The notes beneath the pieces were generated by a model. That model saw only the letters and a list, made by a program, of their open reading frames with translations. It ran no database searches and had not been told where the DNA came from. A stretch of DNA of 64,000 nt. Source: Candidatus Poribacteria bacterium. Lineage in GTDB: Bacteria; Poribacteria; WGA-4E; WGA-3G. Position 1 is the first letter of the stretch, and each line of letters opens with the position of its first letter. Made by a program: the position numbers and the translations under genes. Shown here piece after piece: positions 47,574-56,611 of the stretch. Where the stretch lies: contig OZ242029.1 in assembly GCA_965205015.1 (NCBI GenBank), positions 1,472,001-1,536,000 of the forward strand, given 5' to 3'.

Positions 47574-48806
47574 TATGGTAAATTTCAGAATGACTTGGAC
47601 ATTGTGACCCGTGAATTTTCGGGTCAAAGGAGGCGTGAATGGATACCTTATCTACGCATAACTGTTCCCCGGAAAACCGTGTGGATGATCTGTTACGACC
47701 GGAAGTGCTTCAGGCGTTTGAGCGTGCTACGTTTGAGCGCGATGGATATTGGGTGTGGGAAGGGATACTGACGGACGCTGCCCGTAAACGGTGGACAGCC
47801 AGCTTGCAGAAGTTACAGCAGATGAACGATGCGATCCTCATGGATACGGAGTGGAGTGCTATCGACTTTGAGGCGCGGGGATTTCCTCCGCCTTCGCCTG
47901 AACAAATCACACCGGAGTTTTTGGCAGCGTGCTGTGGCGGTTCAGAGCAAATGCCGGGTTTCCTCAGAACCGCTGAGTTGCGTCAATATATGCACACCTA
48001 CGGGCTATTCGGGCCGGGAGCGGCGTTGATCACACATGGATTCGAGTCGCAAGGCGTTATGCCGGAATACTTCCCTGCCGGATATGACGAATTTATCATG
48101 GATGTGACCAGTGCTCACCCGCAAATGATGGCACTCTTCACGAAACTTTTCGGGGACCGATTCATACTTGACCACTGTTTTATGCTCAACCGGGCGATCG
48201 GTTCAAAAGGACGTCGATGGCATGCACATCAGTATCGGGATGGGCAGTACGAAGTTGAGGACCCCATTGGGACCGGAAACGCCCTTACCCCTGAATTTCT
48301 AAAACGACAGTGTATTCGGACGCTGTGCTATCCAGAAGGGGCAACCATCGAAGAGGGTGGAGAACTTGCGATTATCCCTGGAGCGCATCTCTATCGCATT
48401 CCGTACAAATGGAGCACAGAACGACCCGATGATGACGCTGCCATGAAAGCAGGGTGGTTGAAGGGTAAAATTCACGCCTTTACAAGGAAACCCTTAGAAA
48501 TTGTACATCTCTCGCTACCGCCCGGAAGCATGGTGTCCTTTGTCCATCATATGCCGCATTATGTTGGTTATCGAAAACCGGGGACGACGACTCGGTGGGG
48601 ACTCCTGATGGCGTATCGAACGCCCGACCCGGATGCAGAACCGGAAAAGTGGACAAATGGTATTCCCACCCATTGGGTGGAACAGGCCGCGGCTCAAGGA
48701 AAGCTGTCTGCTGCGGCGCAGCGTGTGTTTGAGGCTGATAATCCCATCCACAAGCATCTGAGAACGTACCGGTCATAATGTCCAAGTCATGCTAAAATTT
48801 ACCATA
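47574..48806. mobile_element. Non-autonomous cassette bounded by 36-bp terminal inverted repeats, carrying a PhyH-like gene
   Basis: 47574-47609 TATGGTAAATTTCAGAATGACTTGGACATTGTGACC versus reverse complement of 48771-48806 TATGGTAAATTTTAGCATGACTTGGACATTATGACC (33/36); both outer ends are TA. Confidence 0.7.
47639..48778 (+). CDS. PhyH-like Fe(II)/2OG dioxygenase-fold protein
   Basis: FERDGYWVWEGIL, WHAH, GGELAIIPGAH, PGSMVSFVHHMPH, TRWG; stop codon lies inside the right inverted repeat. Confidence 0.75.
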   Translation: MDTLSTHNCSPENRVDDLLRPEVLQAFERATFERDGYWVWEGILTDAARKRWTASLQKLQQMNDAILMDTEWSAIDFEARGFPPPSPEQITPEFLAACCGGSEQMPGFLRTAELRQYMHTYGLFGPGAALITHGFESQGVMPEYFPAGYDEFIMDVTSAHPQMMALFTKLFGDRFILDHCFMLNRAIGSKGRRWHAHQYRDGQYEVEDPIGTGNALTPEFLKRQCIRTLCYPEGATIEEGGELAIIPGAHLYRIPYKWSTERPDDDAAMKAGWLKGKIHAFTRKPLEIVHLSLPPGSMVSFVHHMPHYVGYRKPGTTTRWGLLMAYRTPDPDAEPEKWTNGIPTHWVEQAAAQGKLSAAAQRVFEADNPIHKHLRTYRS

Positions 48807-48809
48807 AAA

Positions 48810-51182
48810 TTACCGACTGTTGCCCAATATTTCTGACCAGATCGAACGTTGCGATCCTGTACTATCTGCGCTTTTCGTGATGGTAACACCAATAGTATCC
48901 GCTTCCAACGGCGGTTTCTTGGAAGCGTCCCCACCTAATGTAACAGGTAAGATCATTTCTGTACCCTCTCGTCCAAGGGTTAACTCCACCACATCGCCGG
49001 ATTTCCACCGCTTGGCAAGTTTCGCTATGTCGCTAAATGAATTCACGGGTGTACCATTGATGGCAGCCAGATGATCTCCATCTTGATACGCAGGGGATTT
49101 ATCAATAATCACATCCCCCGCCGGCGTTTGTGTAAGGGACCGGATACCGAGCATCTCTTTGAAAACATAACCGAGGTCGGGAAGTTCCTCCTCTATCTGT
49201 ACATCCAGACCCGCCTCTCCGAAATATTCAGCGAGCGGCAATTTTTCCGTTCCCGAAACATACTTTCGGAAGAACGGCTCAAAATTTTTATCCGCAACGT
49301 CAGTAACAATGCGGATGACATCATCTATCGTATACTTTTCACCGGTGGTCCCAAACTCCTGATACATCTGCTTCATTACGTCGTCCAGACTCTTTTGTCC
49401 CGCGTCTATTGAGACGTGTGTGAGTTTGCGGATTTGCACATCTAATGCAGCGGCAACCAGACCGCCACCGCGATAGACTAAACCCGAGTTCGCCATTTTG
49501 GCTTCACCCGCCCTGCGTAGGGAGAGTTTCCCCACCTGACCCAGATACGACTCACAGGAACGCCCAAGGTTTTTGAGGAAATCGCCTTCAGAAAGGAGCC
49601 CAAGCTGAACAGAGATAATCCTTGAATAATAATCGGTGAACCCTTCCATAAACCAGTATTCCTGCTCATCAAAAAAATCAATAGCTGTGCCGATCCAGAT
49701 ATGGCAAATTTCATGTGCGACCAGCGGCACCCAAAAATTCTTACTGGTTTCATCTAAGGATCCACCCATCAGAACGCTGATGCTGTGTCCAGAAACACCG
49801 CCGCACGTTTCACCTTTCCCGCCATAAGGATTTGCGACAAATAGCATCCTGCCCTTCGGGGTACCACCGAATACCCTTGAATACGCGTGTAAAAGTGCTT
49901 CCACTGTGCGTTGCATTTCATCAGCGGCGGCTTTAAAGCGCCCACCGATTGCGACTACAATCTCCGCCTCTTTAGACTTCGCCACCTTCTCAGAATGCGT
50001 GCCAAGCACCATATACGCATACATCAAATCGTCCTGATCTCCAATAGCAAAACGGTGTCCTTTATCGCCAATGCGCTGCCAAGGGGTCGAGACGTGCCAA
50101 TTCTCTGGCACATCAACATAGAGTTCGATATCGCTCGCCTCACCAACGATAAACAAGGCATATCCAGGACAGAAAATACAGTCTTCTTGGAGATATGGAG
50201 CCTCACTCTGACCGGTGGGCCACTCTCGTTCATCATGGTTCAGCAGTACTTTGTAACTCAGCGTCACAGGCGATTTATCCGTTGTTTTAATTGCCCAACG
50301 CGTTTTACCGAGGAGCACCTGTGGCAATTTTTCTCCGTCAGCATTCGTGACTGATATATCCCTGAGGTACCTTTCATATCCATCATGTATATTTTCCGTG
50401 CCAAACTCACTCATGGATAACAAGAGGGTCTCGCCACTGTTCCGTTTTGGGGTTAAGACGCAACTGACGTGCGCCACGCGTCGCTCATCAGCATCTATTT
50501 TGATCTCATACCTCGCTGACGCAAGTTCCATCGGGTTCCCTAAATCTTCAGGTTTTTCAAAATTTCTGACGACGCGACACGTCTCAATAACCGCTTCGTC
50601 ACGATAATCGTTCTGCCACTTATATCGCCACATATTACCGACTTGTAAGGGAAGGTATTCTTGTGCTTCGGTAGGAACTTCATATTCAAGCAACTCAGCT
50701 TCCGTAACAACACCGTTGGCATGCTCATAACGCATCTTTACAACTCCAATGCCTTCGGCGAACCATAGATAGCGCGTGCCGTTCACAAGCGAGTTTCGCT
50801 GTTCAGAACCCGCTTCCGCGTCCGTAAAGACTGTCTTATGCTTTAGGCAATCAGAAAAGATGCCTGCGGAAATTTTTACCGACTCATAGCCTTCCAAGCT
50901 TGTCTTTGTCCGCGTGTTCCAGTGTCCTCCTTCCGTCCAGATATCCCCAATCCTTATAGGAAATCGAAAGAGGTCAGTTTCATGGTGACTGATATAATAC
51001 AGCAACATATACCTCGGCGATGGATCGCTCCCACCGGTCCCACTGGAGCCAAAATCGGTGGATGTCAAAGCCGTATCGGTTCTTTCGAGATCGAAAACGC
51101 CTTCTGCCAAACGCATTCCACTTTCTGTAGCGGCACTGGCACTCAGGACGATGTTACGTTCGGATTTAATCGTTTCTTCCAT
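48810..51182 (-). CDS. Peptidase M61-like metallopeptidase with C-terminal PDZ-like domain (paralogue 3)
   Basis: AHEICHIW (HExxH) plus WFMEGFTDYY, VYRGG, SLDDVMK, GD...AING. True start ATG 51182 (MEETIKSERN) by alignment with paralogue 2. Confidence 0.85.
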   Translation of the reverse strand: MEETIKSERNIVLSASAATESGMRLAEGVFDLERTDTALTSTDFGSSGTGGSDPSPRYMLLYYISHHETDLFRFPIRIGDIWTEGGHWNTRTKTSLEGYESVKISAGIFSDCLKHKTVFTDAEAGSEQRNSLVNGTRYLWFAEGIGVVKMRYEHANGVVTEAELLEYEVPTEAQEYLPLQVGNMWRYKWQNDYRDEAVIETCRVVRNFEKPEDLGNPMELASARYEIKIDADERRVAHVSCVLTPKRNSGETLLLSMSEFGTENIHDGYERYLRDISVTNADGEKLPQVLLGKTRWAIKTTDKSPVTLSYKVLLNHDEREWPTGQSEAPYLQEDCIFCPGYALFIVGEASDIELYVDVPENWHVSTPWQRIGDKGHRFAIGDQDDLMYAYMVLGTHSEKVAKSKEAEIVVAIGGRFKAAADEMQRTVEALLHAYSRVFGGTPKGRMLFVANPYGGKGETCGGVSGHSISVLMGGSLDETSKNFWVPLVAHEICHIWIGTAIDFFDEQEYWFMEGFTDYYSRIISVQLGLLSEGDFLKNLGRSCESYLGQVGKLSLRRAGEAKMANSGLVYRGGGLVAAALDVQIRKLTHVSIDAGQKSLDDVMKQMYQEFGTTGEKYTIDDVIRIVTDVADKNFEPFFRKYVSGTEKLPLAEYFGEAGLDVQIEEELPDLGYVFKEMLGIRSLTQTPAGDVIIDKSPAYQDGDHLAAINGTPVNSFSDIAKLAKRWKSGDVVELTLGREGTEMILPVTLGGDASKKPPLEADTIGVTITKSADSTGSQRSIWSEILGNSR

Positions 51183-53586
51183 CAGTGCCTTCCTCACAAA
51201 AGTTGCCCTTGCCCAATATTCCTGACCAAATTGCCCGTTGCGCTTGTGTGCTATTTGCGCTTTTGGTGATGGTAACATCAATAGGACCCGCCTCCAACGG
51301 AGGGCTTTTAGACGCGTCCCCGCCTAACGTGACAGGTAGGATAATTTCTTTACCCTCCCTTTCAAGGGTTAACTTTACCATCTCACCCGGTTTCCACGCT
51401 TTGGCAGCCTTTCTGATGTCGTCAAAAAATTTCACCGGTGTGCCGTTGACACCTATCAGATTGTCCTCATCTTGATACTGCTCGGACTGGTGGATAAACA
51501 TACCGCCCCCTGTTGGTCCCCCGATTGAACTGATACCAAGCATCTCATGAACGACATACCCGAAACGCGGCAGCTCTTCGCTAAATTCTACATTTGCATC
51601 CACACCTGCATCTCCGAGATATTCCGTCAGGGGCAACCGATCTGTCCCTGAAACATACTTGCAGAAGAACGGTTCCAAATCTTCACCCGCAATTTGACCG
51701 ACAATTCTGATGACATCCTTCATTGTGTATTTGCTTCCGGTGAGACCGAATTCTTGATACATCTGCTTCATCACATCGTCCAAACTCTTCCGGTTTTGCG
51801 TGAGACTGCGAATCCGTAAATCCAGAGCCGCAGCAATGAGACTTCCTCCCTGATAGACGAGTTCACGGTTGGCGGATTTGTCTTCACCCGCCTCGCGGAT
51901 AGAAAGCTGCCCCTGTCGAGAGAGATACGATTCACACTTGCGTTCCAGATCCCTGAGAAAATCATTTTCAGAGGTTAATCCGAGACGGGTACAGATAATT
52001 CTCGAATAGTATTCGGTGAAACCTTCGCTAAGCCAGTATTCCTGCCATTTAAAATCGATAGTTTTTCCGATCCAGATATGGCAAATCTCATGCGCAACCA
52101 GCGGCACCCAAAAACTTCTATCGGTTTCACTCAAAGACCCACTCGTCAGAACAGTGATACTGCTTCCAGAAACACCGCCTCCGCGGTGTTTCTCATTGGG
52201 ATTTGCCACAAACAGCATACGATCCTGTGGCGTACCATCGAAAACTCCGGAATACGCGTGCAAGAGTGATTTAACAGTTTTTTGAACTTCATCCATAGAC
52301 GCCTTGAAGCGTCCACCCAGTGCAAGCACAATCTCGGGCTCTCCCGTCCCTCTTGACAAACGTGCCAACCTCTCAGAATGCGTTCCAAGTAAGAGATAGG
52401 CAGATATCAAATTGTTCTGGTCGGTGATAGCAAAACGGTGTCCCTGGTTTCCAATACGTTGCCAAGATGTTGAAACATGCCAATTTTCAGGAACATCAAG
52501 ATACAGTTCGATATCCTCCACTTCTGCGGCGATGAACAGAGCATATCCGGGCCAAAAAATACAGTCCTCTTGGATGTAAGGGGTTTCAGGCTTACCCCAC
52601 TGCCATTCCCTCTCATCATGATTTAGTAACACTTTGTAATGCAATGTCACAGGTAAGTCATTCTCGGTTTCAATCATCCACTGTGTTTTGCCAATCTCTG
52701 TGACGGGTATTTTTTCACCATTAGCATCTGTGCCGCTTAGATCTCGCAGATATCTGCCATATCCCTCGTAGAGACCTTCCGTCCCAAAATGGCTCATGGA
52801 TAATAGCAACGGCTTTCGGTCGCCTTTTGTATCATGGGTCGCCTTTGGTGTTAAGACACACGTGACATGTGCGACACGCCGTTCAGCAGCATCTATTTTA
52901 ACTTGATACTGCGCCGACGCGAGTTCCATCGGATTATCAAGATTCTCAGGCTCACTGAAATTTCGGATGACGCGCCACTCCTCAATAGTTGCCTCGTCGC
53001 GAGAGATGTTCTGCCACCTGTATGTCCACTGTGTGCCAATCTGGACAGGGAGGTACTCTTGTGCCTCAACAGGCATCTCGTATTCAAGCAACTCGGCTTC
53101 CGTAACGATACCGTTGGAATGTTCATAACACATTTTCACGAGTCCAACACCCTTAGCGAACCACAAATAACGGGTGCCGTTCACAAACGCATTCCGCAGT
53201 TGAGCGTCGGCATCCTCAGCATCAGCGTTTGTGAAGACAGTTTTATGTTTAAGGCATGACGAAAAAGCCCCCGCGGAAACCTCAACTGTCTCAGACCCTT
53301 CCAAAGTTATCGTTGCTTCTGATTTGCAAGGACCCTCCTGCCGCCAATGATTTCCGATAACCACAGGAAATCTAAAGAGGTCACTCTCACCCCCATAGCT
53401 AACATGGCGTAGCAACATGTACATCGGGGAGCCAAGACTGCGCCCTTCCGTAGAAGAACCATTAGATGTCAAAGCCTCATTGGTCTTCTTGAAATTAAAA
53501 ATTCCTTCTGCCAAATGCACTCCATCTTCCGTAGCGGCACTGTTACTAAAGACAATATTACGTTCGGATTTAATCGTTTCTTTCAT
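51166..53586 (-). CDS. Peptidase M61-like metallopeptidase with C-terminal PDZ-like domain (paralogue 2)
   Basis: AHEICHIW plus WLSEGFTEYY, VYQGG, SLDDVMK; TGATG coupling to the sigma-fusion gene; no signal peptide. Confidence 0.87.
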   Translation of the reverse strand: MKETIKSERNIVFSNSAATEDGVHLAEGIFNFKKTNEALTSNGSSTEGRSLGSPMYMLLRHVSYGGESDLFRFPVVIGNHWRQEGPCKSEATITLEGSETVEVSAGAFSSCLKHKTVFTNADAEDADAQLRNAFVNGTRYLWFAKGVGLVKMCYEHSNGIVTEAELLEYEMPVEAQEYLPVQIGTQWTYRWQNISRDEATIEEWRVIRNFSEPENLDNPMELASAQYQVKIDAAERRVAHVTCVLTPKATHDTKGDRKPLLLSMSHFGTEGLYEGYGRYLRDLSGTDANGEKIPVTEIGKTQWMIETENDLPVTLHYKVLLNHDEREWQWGKPETPYIQEDCIFWPGYALFIAAEVEDIELYLDVPENWHVSTSWQRIGNQGHRFAITDQNNLISAYLLLGTHSERLARLSRGTGEPEIVLALGGRFKASMDEVQKTVKSLLHAYSGVFDGTPQDRMLFVANPNEKHRGGGVSGSSITVLTSGSLSETDRSFWVPLVAHEICHIWIGKTIDFKWQEYWLSEGFTEYYSRIICTRLGLTSENDFLRDLERKCESYLSRQGQLSIREAGEDKSANRELVYQGGSLIAAALDLRIRSLTQNRKSLDDVMKQMYQEFGLTGSKYTMKDVIRIVGQIAGEDLEPFFCKYVSGTDRLPLTEYLGDAGVDANVEFSEELPRFGYVVHEMLGISSIGGPTGGGMFIHQSEQYQDEDNLIGVNGTPVKFFDDIRKAAKAWKPGEMVKLTLEREGKEIILPVTLGGDASKSPPLEAGPIDVTITKSANSTQAQRAIWSGILGKGNFCEEGTDGRND

Positions 53587-56552
53587 CAGTCAGAATTCTC
53601 CTTGCCTAACATTCCTAACCAGATGGCGCGTTGCGAGTCCGTGGCATCCGCGCTCTTTGTGATGGTAACATCAATAGGTCCAGCTTCAAGGGGAGGTTTT
53701 TCAGATGTGTTACCCGCTAATGCGACCGGTAGGGTAATTTCCTCCCCCTCTCTCTCAAGCGTTAACGCTACGACATCACCGGAACGCCAATCTTTGGCAA
53801 CCTTTCTAATGTCGTCAAACGTCTTCACCGAGGTACCGTTGATGCTTATCAACGCATCGTCATCCTGATATTGCGGTGACTGATGGATGAACATACCGCC
53901 GCCTGTTGGTCCACCAAGTGAATTGATATGAAGCATCTGAAAAAGAATATACCCAAGACTTGGAAGTCTTTCGCCAAAGTCTATCTCAACACTCATACCC
54001 GCGTCCTTAAGATATTTCTCTAACGGCAACCGCTCTGTCCCTGCCACATATTTGTGGAAGAAGGGTTTAAAATCTTCACCCGTCATTTGGCTGACGATCC
54101 GGATGACATCGTTCATTGTATACCTAATATCGGTAAGACCGAATTCTTGATACATCTGCTTCATCACATCGTCCAAGCTGCTTCGGTTCTGTGTAAGTGT
54201 ACGGATCTGTAAATCCAGAGTAGCGGCGACTAAACTGCCACCGTCATAGACGAGTTCGCGGTTGGCGGATTTGTCTTTCCCTGCCTCGCGAATCGAAAGT
54301 TGTCCGTGTCGAGATAGATAAGATTTCCACCTGCGTTCAAACTTCCTGAGAAAATCGCTTTCAGAAATAAGTCCAAGGCGGGCAGAAACAACATCTGAGT
54401 AATATCCTGTGAAACCTGCGCTAAACCAATACTCCTGTTCCCTAAAAGTGATAGCCTGACCCGCAACCCAGAGACAGCAAACCATATATCCCACAAGCGG
54501 CAGCCAAAAACGTCTGCTCGCTTCATCTAATTCACCACCGATCAGCACGCTGATGCTGCGTCCGGACGCGCCTCCACTCATGTGTCCCTTTTCACCATAG
54601 GGGTTTGCAACAAACAACAGTTTACCTTCCGGGGTGCCACCGAATATCCCAGAATATGCGTCCAGAAGTCCCTCAATAGTCCCCTGTATTTCATTCATAG
54701 ACGCTTTGAAGTGTGCCCCAGTCACCAGCACAACCTCGGTATCCCCAACCTTTGCCAGACGCTCAGCGTGTTCACCGAGCACAAGATACGCATACATCAA
54801 GTCGTCGTGATCTTTACAAACGAAACGGTGCCCCTCAGACGCAATCCGTTCCCAAGGTGTTGAAACACGCCAATTCTCTGGCACATCCACACACAGTTCG
54901 ACATCGCTCGTCTCACCGACAACAAACAGCGCATACCCTGGACAGAAAATACAATCCTCTTGGACATAAGGGGCTTCATCTGGACCCGGTGCCCATTCCC
55001 ATTCATCGTGATTCAGCAACACTTTGTAACGCACCGTTATAGGTGATGCGTCCCGTGCTTTAACTAACCATTGCGTTTTGCCGATCTCCTCTACCGGCAA
55101 TGTTTCACCGTTTACATCGGTCACCGTCAAATCTCGAAGATACCGGGCATACCCATCATATACCCATTCAGCCCCAAAACGACTCATGGATAACAGCAAA
55201 GGCTTTTGCTCCCCTTTTGTACTGCCAACTTTCGGCGTTAGTACACACTTGACATGCGCCACGCGTCGTTCATCGGCATCTATTTTAACGTCATATCTCG
55301 CTGACGCAAGTTCCATGAGATTATCAAGATTTTCGGGATGACTGAAATTCCGGAGGACGCGCCACTCTTCAACGATCGCCTCATCGCGATAATCGTTGTG
55401 CCATCTGTATGTCCACTGCGTGCCAATTTGCGAAGGTAGGTATTCTTGTTCTTGGACGGGGATCTCATATTCAAGCAATTCGGCTTCTGTAATGACACCA
55501 TTGGCATGCTCATAGCGCATCTTCACGATCCCAACGCCCTCGGCAAACCACAGATAACGCGTGCCGTTTAGGTATGCGTTTCCCCCTTCAGCGTCGGGGT
55601 CTTCCACGTCAGCATCTGTGAAGACAGTTTTATGCTTCAGGCACGATCGGAAACTCCCAGCGGAGATTTCGACAGTCTCATACCCTTCCAAGGTTATCGT
55701 CGCTTTCGATTTGTAAGGACCTTCCTGCTCCCAACGACTTCCAATAACCAAAGGGAATTTAAAGAGGTTTATCTCATTACGACGGTGGTTAATATAGTGT
55801 AGCAACATGTACATTGGTAGCGGGTAGTCCCCTCTGAGCCCTGTCGTACGAGAACCCATAGATGCGAAAACCTTATCGGTTTGGCTGAGATCAAAACCCC
55901 CTTCCGCCAAATGTTTACCGGTTTCCATTGCCGCAGTTGCTTGAACACCAATGTATCGCTGTTCGTTTTTTAATAAATTCGGACTCAAGTTTTCCCGAAG
56001 CATCGACTCCTCCTGCTCCAATCGCTTCCGTGCACGATATAGTCGACTTTTTACTGTGTTCAAAGATACATCTAAACGCTCACTCACTTCCTCACATGTC
56101 AGACCGTTGAAATAGTGCAATATCATCACCGAACGCTCACTGGGCGTCAGTTTTTGGAGGAGGCGTTCCACGACTTCACGCAGTCCCTCCCTTGACGCTT
56201 GTGTTTGCTCTTTCTCAAGATATTGCGTATAGAACACTCCCTCTAACTCGGCTTTCGGCATCGCATCCAAAGACTGCATCGTCATCGGCTCTCGTCGCAG
56301 CCATTCAATACACTGACGTTTCGCTATGACATGTAACCACCCCGAAAAACGATTGGGGTCTCTCAAGCTTGGAAGCGACTTAAAAGCCTGGATGAAGGTG
56401 TCCTGTGTAATCTCCTGTGCGGCGTGGAAATCACCGATCTCACGCCACGCGAGCGAATGAATCCATTTCCGGTGTCTTTCCACCAGCGCGGTGAACGCAC
56501 CTTCATCGCCCGACAAGATGCGTTGAATCAGATTAACATCTTCGTTTTTCAC
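53586..56552 (-). CDS. ECF sigma-70 factor fused to a catalytically degenerate M61-like peptidase/PDZ module
   Basis: Sigma2 (GDEGAF..LV, AQEITQDTFIQAF, FSGWL..IA) and sigma4 (ERSVMILHYFNGLTCEEVS..L..SLNTVKSRLYRARKRL), then ~800 aa collinear with the two peptidases but VGYMVCCLW and WFSAGFTGYY at the zinc-ligand positions. GTG 56552 has a GGAGG RBS (ORF track start 56570). Confidence 0.9.
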   Translation of the reverse strand: MKNEDVNLIQRILSGDEGAFTALVERHRKWIHSLAWREIGDFHAAQEITQDTFIQAFKSLPSLRDPNRFSGWLHVIAKRQCIEWLRREPMTMQSLDAMPKAELEGVFYTQYLEKEQTQASREGLREVVERLLQKLTPSERSVMILHYFNGLTCEEVSERLDVSLNTVKSRLYRARKRLEQEESMLRENLSPNLLKNEQRYIGVQATAAMETGKHLAEGGFDLSQTDKVFASMGSRTTGLRGDYPLPMYMLLHYINHRRNEINLFKFPLVIGSRWEQEGPYKSKATITLEGYETVEISAGSFRSCLKHKTVFTDADVEDPDAEGGNAYLNGTRYLWFAEGVGIVKMRYEHANGVITEAELLEYEIPVQEQEYLPSQIGTQWTYRWHNDYRDEAIVEEWRVLRNFSHPENLDNLMELASARYDVKIDADERRVAHVKCVLTPKVGSTKGEQKPLLLSMSRFGAEWVYDGYARYLRDLTVTDVNGETLPVEEIGKTQWLVKARDASPITVRYKVLLNHDEWEWAPGPDEAPYVQEDCIFCPGYALFVVGETSDVELCVDVPENWRVSTPWERIASEGHRFVCKDHDDLMYAYLVLGEHAERLAKVGDTEVVLVTGAHFKASMNEIQGTIEGLLDAYSGIFGGTPEGKLLFVANPYGEKGHMSGGASGRSISVLIGGELDEASRRFWLPLVGYMVCCLWVAGQAITFREQEYWFSAGFTGYYSDVVSARLGLISESDFLRKFERRWKSYLSRHGQLSIREAGKDKSANRELVYDGGSLVAATLDLQIRTLTQNRSSLDDVMKQMYQEFGLTDIRYTMNDVIRIVSQMTGEDFKPFFHKYVAGTERLPLEKYLKDAGMSVEIDFGERLPSLGYILFQMLHINSLGGPTGGGMFIHQSPQYQDDDALISINGTSVKTFDDIRKVAKDWRSGDVVALTLEREGEEITLPVALAGNTSEKPPLEAGPIDVTITKSADATDSQRAIWLGMLGKENSD

Positions 56553-56611
56553 GATGACCCTCCAAGTCATTTGATAGCAAGTTTCGGAGACCTGTAAGCT
56601 TCGCCGAAATG

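Noticed and set aside
51183-51281. ORF-track start at 51281 for peptidase 3
   Set aside because: Alignment with paralogue 2 and the RBS point to ATG 51182.
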